DNA of 34,654 nucleotides from a virus. Taxonomy: Duplodnaviria > Caudoviricetes. This document shows positions 17,501 through 25,547 of the stretch, in pieces. Within the stretch, counting starts at the first letter, position 1; the number at the start of each line of letters is the position of its first letter. The notes beneath the pieces were generated by a model. It searched no databases. It was given only the letters and a program-made list of their open reading frames with translations, and was not told the DNA's origin. The position numbers were made by a program, and so were the translations under genes. The DNA lies in IMG/VR virus record IMGVR_UViG_3300032243_001730, positions 1-34,654 of that record. One strand, given 5' to 3'.

Positions 17501-18907
17501 ATAATTCGCGAATGGATGCTCGTCTTCGGAAAATTGCTCTTCTCCATCTTTTAGCATTTCTGCGTAGAAATGAATGGCAATCCACAGATATCTGAACTCC
17601 GGGCGCGTCTTAGGGTTTCGTGCCTCGTTAAGCGCATTTTGCTGGAAAATGTCGTTGTATTCGTTCCAACTCTGTTCCTCGTCCAGCGTAGGGTCGAGCC
17701 TCATTGATTTTGCAATGGAAACAATATGGGCTGCAGTGTCAATTTGCTGTTTAAAGTTAGATGGGCGATCAGTTTGCAAAACAGACAGTATGCCCAGTGC
17801 GCCTATTTCAATGAACGACTCCGCTAGGTCTTGCCGCAGTTCCAGATCCCTAGGAACCGTTTTCAGGGTGTCTCTCAGGTCGTAAAACCAAGCCGTTCCA
17901 TTGTTAATGCGATCGCCCCGGCCATTTGGGCTGTTGTTTGTCTTGGGGATACGTGAAAAATTTGGCCAGGGGGCGTCTTCGTGCCGCATGCGAACTTGAT
18001 CAATGGCGGACAAGTCGGTTCTGACTGATTCAGGGAACCAACCACCAAGGCGACGTGATGCGTCAGCCGCCGCAGTAAACTCGCCAATCATCGAGTCAAT
18101 TGTGTTTAAGATTCTTGTATCTGGGTAAAACGAGAGAGATACAGACGAGAATAAGTTATTCGACAAAAACCTAAGATTGTCTAGCAACGTATCCATGCGG
18201 CCACCTGCCGTGTACGCAAACGTCAGGCCGCCGCGCATATCGCCTTCTTTTAGTTCCCGCGCGTATGCGGCCATCTCCCTTAGCGCATCACGTTTGTCAT
18301 GTGACCATTGAATCCTGTCGGCAAGTAGATCCATCCGCCACCAAAGATTGATCAGTTTGTGGATGTTTTCGCTAGCTGCAATTGCCCATGATGGGATCTC
18401 GACAGCAAGTTCGGGTTGCGGACAGATTTTTTCGTAGTTCTGAATTGTAATCGCGACGATCTTCGTTATTTTTTGCGCGTAAGACTGAATCAGCTTAACA
18501 ACCTCGGCGGCCTCCTCCTCCGAGGTCCACGGCGGCTCATCCTCCGACTCATCCTCCGGCCCCTCCGGGTTGCGCTTAAGGCCCAGGATCCGATCAACCC
18601 ACCGCTGGCCCTCGTCGCCGCCCCACAGGTCCCAGGCGATGCGCCCTGCGCTGGGGAAGCCGGGCTCGTCGCTGCGGAAGCCCACGGCGCGCTTGTCCAC
18701 GCTGTGGCGCGCAAAGTAGCTGGCCATGCGATGCAGCGTCTCCTCTGAGACCGGCCGCGCGTGAGACAGGTCGCGCGCGCGCGCAGCGCCGACCCTCGTG
18801 CCGCCGCGATTGTACTTGCGCCGCCACTCCAGGGCGCGCGCGGCCACCTCCTGCACGTTCTTCGGAGGAGTGACGGAGAAGGTCGGAGATGGGTTAGAGG
18901 TTTTCAT
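14519..18907 (-). CDS. Large multidomain (polyvalent-like) protein with C-terminal kinase-fold domain
   Basis: 1462 aa; N-terminal ~100-aa domain (GGTRVG...RMASYFARH...IAWDLWGGDEG..W); kinase motifs GCGVYGCVY, VMKLT, DVHPGN, IVDPG. Confidence 0.85.
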   Translation of the reverse strand: MKTSNPSPTFSVTPPKNVQEVAARALEWRRKYNRGGTRVGAARARDLSHARPVSEETLHRMASYFARHSVDKRAVGFRSDEPGFPSAGRIAWDLWGGDEGQRWVDRILGLKRNPEGPEDESEDEPPWTSEEEAAEVVKLIQSYAQKITKIVAITIQNYEKICPQPELAVEIPSWAIAASENIHKLINLWWRMDLLADRIQWSHDKRDALREMAAYARELKEGDMRGGLTFAYTAGGRMDTLLDNLRFLSNNLFSSVSLSFYPDTRILNTIDSMIGEFTAAADASRRLGGWFPESVRTDLSAIDQVRMRHEDAPWPNFSRIPKTNNSPNGRGDRINNGTAWFYDLRDTLKTVPRDLELRQDLAESFIEIGALGILSVLQTDRPSNFKQQIDTAAHIVSIAKSMRLDPTLDEEQSWNEYNDIFQQNALNEARNPKTRPEFRYLWIAIHFYAEMLKDGEEQFSEDEHPFANYLAAIVTLSAMATLATDNAKGKRIYTESEKFLSYTLIDSHLMEIVTHDTFFRNLVSFVGMERYNKGDPTEQYWHDAANRLRETVLTASRHPDLEAYARRVEIAGREARGEGDDSSVPALYSASVQSALEFLASGKNVLLLDAGYSGHRHRAAKKVGKLLSNVVPGSEVVYVDDLYGLHKFLDNHSETSPAIVIMRSKDWPPPRNVKESLDKIGNFARPVTVVTKERDEEKESGPGKTLEQWKEIYEREKPMLGGAGEGFASMIEMGHGVRPMRERPGYEQELLRDFSVGRTVFNRRPVFFAPKEGDRVVEFPAWSMFSIQAVSADPPMIELEAADIDKSSRLASPIRYEGADGLDIFMSQFTLVNEQFMMIEPHAEDPQQERPPAEGEVFTEQKLKDIFRENAVVVALRDFKWTHKEFDSRTGETKKYNKFYAKGDEFRVRSISTSGPAVYLNFTEEDGKKHHVDFLGEEAVFKTLPSIFFYPESRQRLVGEEVEKEQRYARLRESRGYPSKEDKGRYLGVIAKLKKAFDNDFAETSKTLFLKKATTGVDDETGEQIEIPAYTRGTIVRAPGDRSYVFVARMRSPNGDRELISTKKWAFDNDWTDPEVLEVAFDLDDTVELTVGQSDPFEIKSSNEPRLPSAFLDFLDRMNIKIVRNLEVSVPTRKGRAFYIAKRDIRIGDGEDAPVIPRGTKMTYIFGDQVGPYGSIWTFDVDGLIGDEFFVKNYRIDSKDPQTWQEMMNDLDPREETFLEMNPSRCGMRENPAWTNKIIADHFEELEDNVPAKWLPRVVDVKKMKKDIKAKVREYGCGVYGCVYPTLDKNVVMKLTSDETEAEFAVTMSSKLPAQVTVKYHLSSQLPETHEDRPVHLLWRDAADYVGDIEKWAKDHGEDADKMIDAINAQHDASQKALKKLWKKQSAIEELKGWVESLRAMAKVAPLRQLAEGMLENYRKNGVFFGDVHPGNIGWVKDRWLIVDPGNIVVLKSDPTRTTARL

Positions 18908-21900
18908 CGAGAACCCTGGATATTGATAAGTCGATCGATGTCAATCGGAGAAGCGTTGCTTGTCGGCCATTTCAAAAACGCACCGCTCGGATCATGAACA
19001 TAGAACCCTAGATGGCCGAAGTAACTATCGATGCTGCTCTGCACACCCAAATTATTACGAATCCGCTGCCACAGCTTCTTTTCTTCTTCTTTGGTAATAA
19101 CGCCTCGCGCGAGTTGCTTGTCCGCAATTTCGGCAAACATCTCGTAAAGGTGAATGGGAAAACCCGTTTTGTCGTTGAACGTATCCCATGTGGCAAAAGC
19201 CAATTCACGAAGGATCCCGTAGCACGAATACGTCAACTCGTCGATGAACCGCTCTCCAGCATTGGTTCTGTCAGTTGGCATCGCACCCATAGTAAGCATC
19301 GTATGCGTTCTTCTGAGTGCTTCCAAAAAGTTGGTGACGCTGTAATCCATCATCGAAGTGCCTTGATTCCAATCAATTTTATTTACCCCTGTTGCGGGAT
19401 AGTCTTCGTATGAGTTGATGTGATTCATCATGCTCACGAGGTTGTGGCCATACTCATCAGCTAGATCAATCATCGATATAACGAACGGACTCGTGCTGTT
19501 CTTTGCCCAGTTGTTTCGCGCAAAATTTGTAGCTTGCTTCAGCGCGTACCGGACCATCCCAATGATACTAAGTGCTGTCAGCCTGAGGTCGCTTTTCGGG
19601 TCCTGTACTCTTCGGGCGACGTTAACAATGTCTATAACGTAACCGTCAAAGACGAACATTTTGATGGCGGGAGCAGCGATGGCTTCGCATGCCCTGACAA
19701 AATACGCATCTCCAGCGTGTTGACAAGGTAGGTTCAAGATCGAGCGTACTACCTGCGATGTGTGAAATGCGCGAACGCGGTATTCGTCGTCTCCGATTGC
19801 GTCCGCTCCGAGCAAGCTTATGTATTTGCTCAAGGTGTCAATCACGTTCCACAAAAATTTCGCTTTGTTTGTGGATGGACTAATGTCAGCGAAGTGACGC
19901 CGCGCTTTACCTACTTCATTTGAGTTCCAAGAATCGCTTGCGATCTCAAGGTTGACTACGTTTCTAAAATGATTCACTTCTACAGCGATCTCCTCAGACG
20001 CAGCATCGTTCTTGATGCGATCATCTTGAACAATGTTGTGCATCCAATCCAATGCAACAGAAATCAATCCTTCTGCGCCCTGCAATCTGAGGCTGCGCGA
20101 CGATTCGTAATACTGCCAAGTGTCATGCACAAAATCTGCAATCTTTTTTTCCCGGTCCCGGTCCCGGCTAAGTGACTCGCACACGAAATGAGTCTTCTTT
20201 TTGATCGCAATCTTCTTGGCAGCAATAGCGGTCGTTTTCCCCAGGCATGCGCGCCAAATGTTTTTGATCTCACGCTCAGCAAAGGCAGTACGCGCAATGT
20301 TGTCGGTAAGCGCGCTCGTGTAGACTTCGTTGTGAAAGCTCAGTCCGTTGACGAAGTGAGTTGCCTCGTGAATGACCAGCGACCAGATCTGGCGCAGATC
20401 CTTTTCGCTGTTTAGGTTCCAGATTCTCGTATAGTTCTGGAAATTCTGAGGATTGATCAATAGAGCGTCAAAGTTAGCGGTCTTCGTGTGAAGCGCGGCG
20501 GCATTATCGGAAATTACAAATCCAGTATCAAAATGCTGCGGGAAGGTTAGCTGAACGAGGACGATTCGACACAGTTCCGTCCACAGCCGAAGCAGGGTTG
20601 CGTTTTCGACGGACAGGTTTTCCAAGCGCAGCGGATGGTCTGCTTGAAAGTCGCCCTTGTCATCTCCGTAGTAAGCAACGACGTACTTGCAGGGAGTGGT
20701 AAGTGCGAGGATTGATCTCTCCACATCGAATGATCCAAAATATGGGAGAGAGGCGGACGCCTTTACGGTCTCCTTGAGTGGGCGCGCATCAAATGCCTTT
20801 TTTGTCCCAATTTTCTTGCCGGCCGTCCACTCGGAGAACTGCGCCATAATGCTGGCGCTCTGTTCTGCGCTGAGAAGATTTTTGTCGTTTGTGCTCATGT
20901 CGCCCATGTTGTAGAGGACATTTGCCCGCTGAACCTGAACCTCATCTGCGCTCACGTTTGCCGGATAAATAAGCGGCGGAGTGACCTTCTTGTCGATCGT
21001 CATCGCGCTGCGAACATCTGCGGCAAGCCTGTTCGTCCAGTCGTAGATCTTGTTTCTTAGATCTACGTCGGAAATCTTCTCTCGGTTCGACACGAGGACC
21101 TGCGTGGACGGTCCAAGGAGTTCGATGAGAAGAATGTCGTTGACCCCCTGCGGAGCAGGCTGGTCATACATGTATAAGCCGTTGATTCGCGTCCAGATGA
21201 CGCCGTATGGGATGTATGGGAGGTTTGATTTTGCCTTGTAGATCTTCGCCTTGCCGGGGATCTCGTGAACGAGTTCGCCGGGCGCAGTGTCGGCCGCCTG
21301 CTCCTCACCCTGGACCGTGAACTTGACCTTCGGCAGGTAGCATCGCTCGATGTAGTTGCGCGCGTTACCGATGTTGGTGCAGCGATCGGCCGGCATCAGG
21401 ACCGTGATTCGCGTGCCGTGCTTGCCGTTGCTGGGCTCCGTGGTCCCCGACCACTGCGTGCCCTCTCCGCGCAGCACAATCTTCTCGGAGGCGCCGGCAA
21501 CCGTCGTCTCGACGACCCACTCGGGATGTGCAAGAAGGATGAGTTCCTTCGCCTTGCCAAAGCCGCCGACGGCGCCCGCGACGCCGAGTTTCGTGGTCCG
21601 GCCGGGCTTGATGAACTTGTTGATCAGGATGTCCTCGGTCATGCCGGAGCCGTTATCGACGATGGACACGCTGGCAAACCGACGATTGTTAAAGTCTTCC
21701 CATTCGATCTCGTTCCTGTTCTCGTCGAGAAAGGTCATGCTGCACGAGACCTCGGTGGCGCCGTTGTCAATCGAGTTCTGGATCGTCTCTCGCCACCACT
21801 TCAGTTCCCACTGCGCATAGTCCTCGATGGCGCGCATGAAGTAGTCTGAATCGAGCGAGATGACGCCACTAAACTCGCGAGGGTTCTCGCGGGCCCCGAC

Positions 21901-22083
21901 GCGGATCATGACGGCGTGATGCCCGTCCTCCATCGTCGTGTAGCCGATCATTTCGGCGTCACCGACCATGGTCAGGGCGATCAACTGCCCATACGCGGGG
22001 CTGGTATCTGCGGCGACGTATGTTCCGGGCGTGGAGGTGATGACATCGGCGTCCACTTCATCCCAGAGAGTGACGGGTCTCAT
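18904..22083 (-). CDS. GHKL (HSP90/MORC-like) ATPase fused to HExxH metallopeptidase and helical C-terminal region
   Basis: ETIQNSIDN, DNGSGM, GGFGKA, HGT motifs; VIHEATHFVNGLSFH at ~20330-20376. Confidence 0.85.
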   Translation of the reverse strand: MRPVTLWDEVDADVITSTPGTYVAADTSPAYGQLIALTMVGDAEMIGYTTMEDGHHAVMIRVGARENPREFSGVISLDSDYFMRAIEDYAQWELKWWRETIQNSIDNGATEVSCSMTFLDENRNEIEWEDFNNRRFASVSIVDNGSGMTEDILINKFIKPGRTTKLGVAGAVGGFGKAKELILLAHPEWVVETTVAGASEKIVLRGEGTQWSGTTEPSNGKHGTRITVLMPADRCTNIGNARNYIERCYLPKVKFTVQGEEQAADTAPGELVHEIPGKAKIYKAKSNLPYIPYGVIWTRINGLYMYDQPAPQGVNDILLIELLGPSTQVLVSNREKISDVDLRNKIYDWTNRLAADVRSAMTIDKKVTPPLIYPANVSADEVQVQRANVLYNMGDMSTNDKNLLSAEQSASIMAQFSEWTAGKKIGTKKAFDARPLKETVKASASLPYFGSFDVERSILALTTPCKYVVAYYGDDKGDFQADHPLRLENLSVENATLLRLWTELCRIVLVQLTFPQHFDTGFVISDNAAALHTKTANFDALLINPQNFQNYTRIWNLNSEKDLRQIWSLVIHEATHFVNGLSFHNEVYTSALTDNIARTAFAEREIKNIWRACLGKTTAIAAKKIAIKKKTHFVCESLSRDRDREKKIADFVHDTWQYYESSRSLRLQGAEGLISVALDWMHNIVQDDRIKNDAASEEIAVEVNHFRNVVNLEIASDSWNSNEVGKARRHFADISPSTNKAKFLWNVIDTLSKYISLLGADAIGDDEYRVRAFHTSQVVRSILNLPCQHAGDAYFVRACEAIAAPAIKMFVFDGYVIDIVNVARRVQDPKSDLRLTALSIIGMVRYALKQATNFARNNWAKNSTSPFVISMIDLADEYGHNLVSMMNHINSYEDYPATGVNKIDWNQGTSMMDYSVTNFLEALRRTHTMLTMGAMPTDRTNAGERFIDELTYSCYGILRELAFATWDTFNDKTGFPIHLYEMFAEIADKQLARGVITKEEEKKLWQRIRNNLGVQSSIDSYFGHLGFYVHDPSGAFLKWPTSNASPIDIDRLINIQGSR

Positions 22084-22092
22084 GGCCGCACT

Positions 22093-22109
22093 CTAACACG
22101 ACGTGTTAG
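22093..22109. promoter_or_regulatory. Perfect inverted repeat in divergent intergenic gap (operator-like)
   Basis: CTAACACG-A-CGTGTTAG in the 36-bp gap between the GHKL gene and the recombinase. Confidence 0.55.
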
Positions 22110-22119
22110 TCTGATAACC

Positions 22120-22980
22120 GTGGACCTAACAGAGACTTCGCTGGCTGCGTTTAGGACATGGCTGCAGGAAAGCGGTCGCGAGGACAGGACCGTTCGTCAG
22201 TACACGTCCTGCCTGCGCCGCAGCATGGCCTGCGAGGCAGGGCTAACTGGGCGACTTCTTGAGAGAGATTTGGCCCCTAAGACGCGGCGTGTGTATCTGT
22301 CCGCCCTGCGCTCGTGGGCCAATTTTGCGGAGGATGCCGCCCTGCGCCGGCGCCTCGACTCAATCAAGTTACCGCCGGCTCTCCGGAAGAACCCCAAGGT
22401 TGAACTCGATCGAGTGTCCTGGCGGCGTCTTGTCAAGCATCTGCAGGATCAGCCGCCGTCCGCTATGCGGTCGGTTTTACTAATTATTTCGCTTCGCGGT
22501 CTGCGTTGTGGCGATGTGCTCAGGCTGCGTCGCCGCGAGATTGAGGATGCCCTTTCCACTGGGCTTCTCAGCTTTGAGGCGAAGGGATCCCGCCGGCTGG
22601 AGTACGACGCCGCTCCGATCCGCGAGCATCTGCAAGATCTGGCTGCTCAGGCGCCGCTTGGCAATGCCCAGTGGCAGCGGGTGCGAGACCTCCTGGGGCC
22701 ATGCCACGACAGCGCCACGCGCGCCGTCCGGCGGTCCCTGGCCAGACATGCCGTGGGGCTTGGCATCGAGGACCTGCACCCCCATCGCCTCCGCCGGACC
22801 TACGCCACGCATTACATCCGCGCCCTGGACAAGGACCCGCAGGCGCTGATGAAGCTGCAGCGCCACATGCAGTGGCAGTCGATGCAGACTGCCGCTGGCT
22901 ACGTTGACGCGACCAACGCCAAGGAACTTGACGCTATCGGCGCGCGGATGGTTGACGAGTTGATGCGCGATCAGGACTGA
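22120..22980 (+). CDS. Tyrosine recombinase (XerC/D-like)
   Basis: R (GLRCGD), K (EAKGS), HxxR (HPHRLRRTYA), W (MQW), Y (AAGY); core-binding N-domain; GTG at 22120 avoids overlap with GHKL gene. Confidence 0.9.
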   Translation: MDLTETSLAAFRTWLQESGREDRTVRQYTSCLRRSMACEAGLTGRLLERDLAPKTRRVYLSALRSWANFAEDAALRRRLDSIKLPPALRKNPKVELDRVSWRRLVKHLQDQPPSAMRSVLLIISLRGLRCGDVLRLRRREIEDALSTGLLSFEAKGSRRLEYDAAPIREHLQDLAAQAPLGNAQWQRVRDLLGPCHDSATRAVRRSLARHAVGLGIEDLHPHRLRRTYATHYIRALDKDPQALMKLQRHMQWQSMQTAAGYVDATNAKELDAIGARMVDELMRDQD

Positions 22981-24574
22981 GGTCGGCCGGCTTGCAGAAG
23001 CCGACAGCCTCTCCCTGGCCGCATGCCTTGCAGACGGGCGCAGGGTTGGCCTTGAACGCATCCTTGTTGACCGTTGGGATCGCGTACTGCTCTCGCAGCG
23101 CCCTCGCCCACTCAATGGTCTCCTTGTTTGCAGGAGGATCCAGCGTGTCCATGAGCGCAATGGCCCAGAGCGCGGAGTCCATTGACGGCACCCGCCAGGG
23201 TTCGACGTTGAGGTGACGCAAAACTTCAAACGTTTTGTCGAGTTCGTCTCTGGAGATCTTGCGGAAGTTTTCGCTTCCGCAAGTCTCGTGAGCCGCGAAG
23301 CCCGGCTTGCGGTTTCTCTTCCCGTAAATCTGAGGAATAGTGATCTTGGACGTATCTTCCTTTGTGGTCTGCGAGACTGAGGAGCGGACCTCCATGGTCA
23401 GCAGAGGCTTGCCCGGACGTCGATCTCCATGTTCAGCATCCGGGCGCCGGATGCTCAAAATAAATCCTTTTTGGTCTGCAATCAGCTTCCAGTACTGCAT
23501 GTAAGGACGGCCGACGCAGTGCTCAAGCGATGCCGTCTCCGTCCACAGATCAGACGGGATGCAATTCAGCACGTAAAACTTATCGCGATATCGATAAATC
23601 TTTCTAGCTTCTACCGGAAACCAAGCCTCTCGCTGGTCCTTTTTAATAGGGCATAGCTGCGCAAACCTTCTCTGAACGTCAGCGTCGCTTATTGATGGCT
23701 CTGGGATCTGATATTTAGGATCGATGATCCCATAATCCATGCACATCAGGATGTATACGTTTTGACGCTGACTTTCAGGAATAATTTTGTACCAGTGATC
23801 TTTGCCCTCGCCCTGGAAGTACACGTGATTCATTCCGTAGGGGCCCGCACGCTCTCCCGTCGGAGACATCGCAATCCAAGGAACGTTTACCCCCCGTTTG
23901 GCCAATTCGCCCGGTGTGGTGTCGTAATTCCTAACGTCGAGTTTGTGTCCCGTAATTTCGTAGACGTGATCCTTTGCGCGCTGGTTTTCGTCTGCGTACT
24001 TACTGCAAGCGTGGAAGATTGTTTCTGCAAAAACAACGCCCTCCTGCGGTGCGGAGGCAAACTTCACAAAGAATTTAGAAGGAACTCCCTTGGCGACGAG
24101 GTCCTTCATCAGTCCTTCGTAGGTCCTTTCTAGTTGGAAACACCACGACGCATTGGTTCGCACCATGATGGCGTAGGCATCGCCTGTGTACTTGTTGTCA
24201 AATCCAAATGGGCGAAGTCGATTTCCAAATGCCAGCCCGCGTGCAAAGTATTGCTCACGGAACCTTGTCAGTTCCTCGTCTGTGACGCTTTTTTCTAGTT
24301 TGTTGTAGATTGGGTGGATTTGTTCAGTAGTTACATTGAACTCATCGCGCTGCTCCGCCACGTATTGCCATTCCGCCATGAAGACGTTGACGAGCGCCTG
24401 CACCCGATCGGCTGAGTCGTGGTCACCTCTGTAGATCTTTTGCTTGATGTCATCTGGAACGCGCGCCCACTCTTCGTCGGTGAATTGATCGCGATTATAA
24501 AGGTACAGATCGCGTGGATCGACATCTTCAACGGCGGTAAAGACGCCATCGCGCCCGGTTGGATTCGCTCGCAT
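22934..24574 (-). CDS. PcfJ-like domain protein with C-terminal Cys motif
   Basis: ETASLEHCVG..Y...ILSIR...LTMEV...QIYGKRNRKP is the PcfJ signature; starts MRANP; CKAC..C near C-terminus. Confidence 0.75.
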   Translation of the reverse strand: MRANPTGRDGVFTAVEDVDPRDLYLYNRDQFTDEEWARVPDDIKQKIYRGDHDSADRVQALVNVFMAEWQYVAEQRDEFNVTTEQIHPIYNKLEKSVTDEELTRFREQYFARGLAFGNRLRPFGFDNKYTGDAYAIMVRTNASWCFQLERTYEGLMKDLVAKGVPSKFFVKFASAPQEGVVFAETIFHACSKYADENQRAKDHVYEITGHKLDVRNYDTTPGELAKRGVNVPWIAMSPTGERAGPYGMNHVYFQGEGKDHWYKIIPESQRQNVYILMCMDYGIIDPKYQIPEPSISDADVQRRFAQLCPIKKDQREAWFPVEARKIYRYRDKFYVLNCIPSDLWTETASLEHCVGRPYMQYWKLIADQKGFILSIRRPDAEHGDRRPGKPLLTMEVRSSVSQTTKEDTSKITIPQIYGKRNRKPGFAAHETCGSENFRKISRDELDKTFEVLRHLNVEPWRVPSMDSALWAIALMDTLDPPANKETIEWARALREQYAIPTVNKDAFKANPAPVCKACGQGEAVGFCKPADLSPDRASTRQPSARR

Positions 24575-24658
24575 AGTAATGGCCTACTCTACCGCAACCA
24601 CTCGCTGGACGAAACGAGCGCAATTGCGTAAGCTGTCGCGAATCTGGGAGTTCAATAA

Positions 24659-24949
24659 ATGCCTGCAACCGTTCATAATTCATACGAGGACTACGACATC
24701 ATCCGCGATCCCGATGGGATCATTGCGGTGATCTCTCGTCGCGTATCGAACAATACGTTTACAATCGCAGTCTTCCTGACCTATCAGCGCGACGGCGCGG
24801 AGGAGAGGACCGTCTTCTTTTCTCCAAAGTATATCCCGGCCGTGCGGCGCGTGCTCGACATCGCGGAGGCGCGCGTCAAGAAGCTAGAGGCTGACAATCC
24901 GCCGACGCGGAAGCAGTACTACAAGGCCTCGGCAGTCGTTGGCGAATGA
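24659..24949 (+). CDS. Small protein, possible PC4-like nucleic-acid-binding fold
   Basis: GGGAG RBS; four beta-strands then a helix (TYQRDGAEERTVFFSPKYIPAVRRVL). Confidence 0.6.
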   Translation: MPATVHNSYEDYDIIRDPDGIIAVISRRVSNNTFTIAVFLTYQRDGAEERTVFFSPKYIPAVRRVLDIAEARVKKLEADNPPTRKQYYKASAVVGE

Positions 24950-25545
24950 ACCACCCGCCGGCAAGGTGCGTAGCGCCGCAGTGCTCGCTGGCTTCCGTCG
25001 AGGGTGCGTTTTGTGCGGAGCATGTAAAGGCTCCGCGCGGGCAGCGCGGCGGCTGGCTCTCGGCGGCCCGGCGCCGGCCGGCTTACAACGCGAGTCAGGT
25101 GTCGCCACGGCTATGGGTTGGAGGGTCGCCTCCGCTGGACCGCGACCTTCCTGGCATCGAGATTCTTACCCTGGCTGCCGCCGAGATACAGCCAGACGAC
25201 TTGACCTTCTCCGGGCGCATCATGCGGTGCCCGTTGCCGGAGGGCGACCTGTCCGTGGCTCGGCTGCGCATGCTGGCTCTGTGTGCGGTCACGGTCGCGC
25301 AGGCTGTGCGCAACGGTCGTCGCGTGCTGGTGACCTCGCACAAGGGGACCGGCCGATCTGCGCTGATTGCCGGCGTGGCGCTCGGGCAGCTAACGACGAT
25401 GGGCGCGCGGGAGATCATCGAGTTGATCCGCGCGCGCCGGCCAGGGGCGTTGCAGGACGCTCGCCTGTGCGCAATCATCGAAAAGCTGGTCGGATCTGGC
25501 CGCCCGAAGGCAAAGCGCGGCCGAATCCTGCGTCGCAGCGACTAG
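24946..25545 (+). CDS. Dual-specificity/tyrosine phosphatase-fold protein, catalytic Cys replaced by Ser
   Basis: ASQVSPRLWVGG, VLVTSHKGTGRSALI (Sx5R), IRARRPGAL; N-terminal C-x4-C...C-x2-H finger. Confidence 0.8.
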   Translation: MNHPPARCVAPQCSLASVEGAFCAEHVKAPRGQRGGWLSAARRRPAYNASQVSPRLWVGGSPPLDRDLPGIEILTLAAAEIQPDDLTFSGRIMRCPLPEGDLSVARLRMLALCAVTVAQAVRNGRRVLVTSHKGTGRSALIAGVALGQLTTMGAREIIELIRARRPGALQDARLCAIIEKLVGSGRPKAKRGRILRRSD

Positions 25546-25547
25546 TC

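Noticed and set aside
21916-22119. Extended N-terminus of the tyrosine recombinase
   Set aside because: Overlaps the GHKL gene start on the opposite strand; GTG at 22120 gives a normal Xer-sized protein
24606-24634. Possible promoter TGGACG-17-TAAGCT with palindrome CGCAATTGCG
   Set aside because: Plausible spacing but both hexamers are imperfect; too weak to list as a feature
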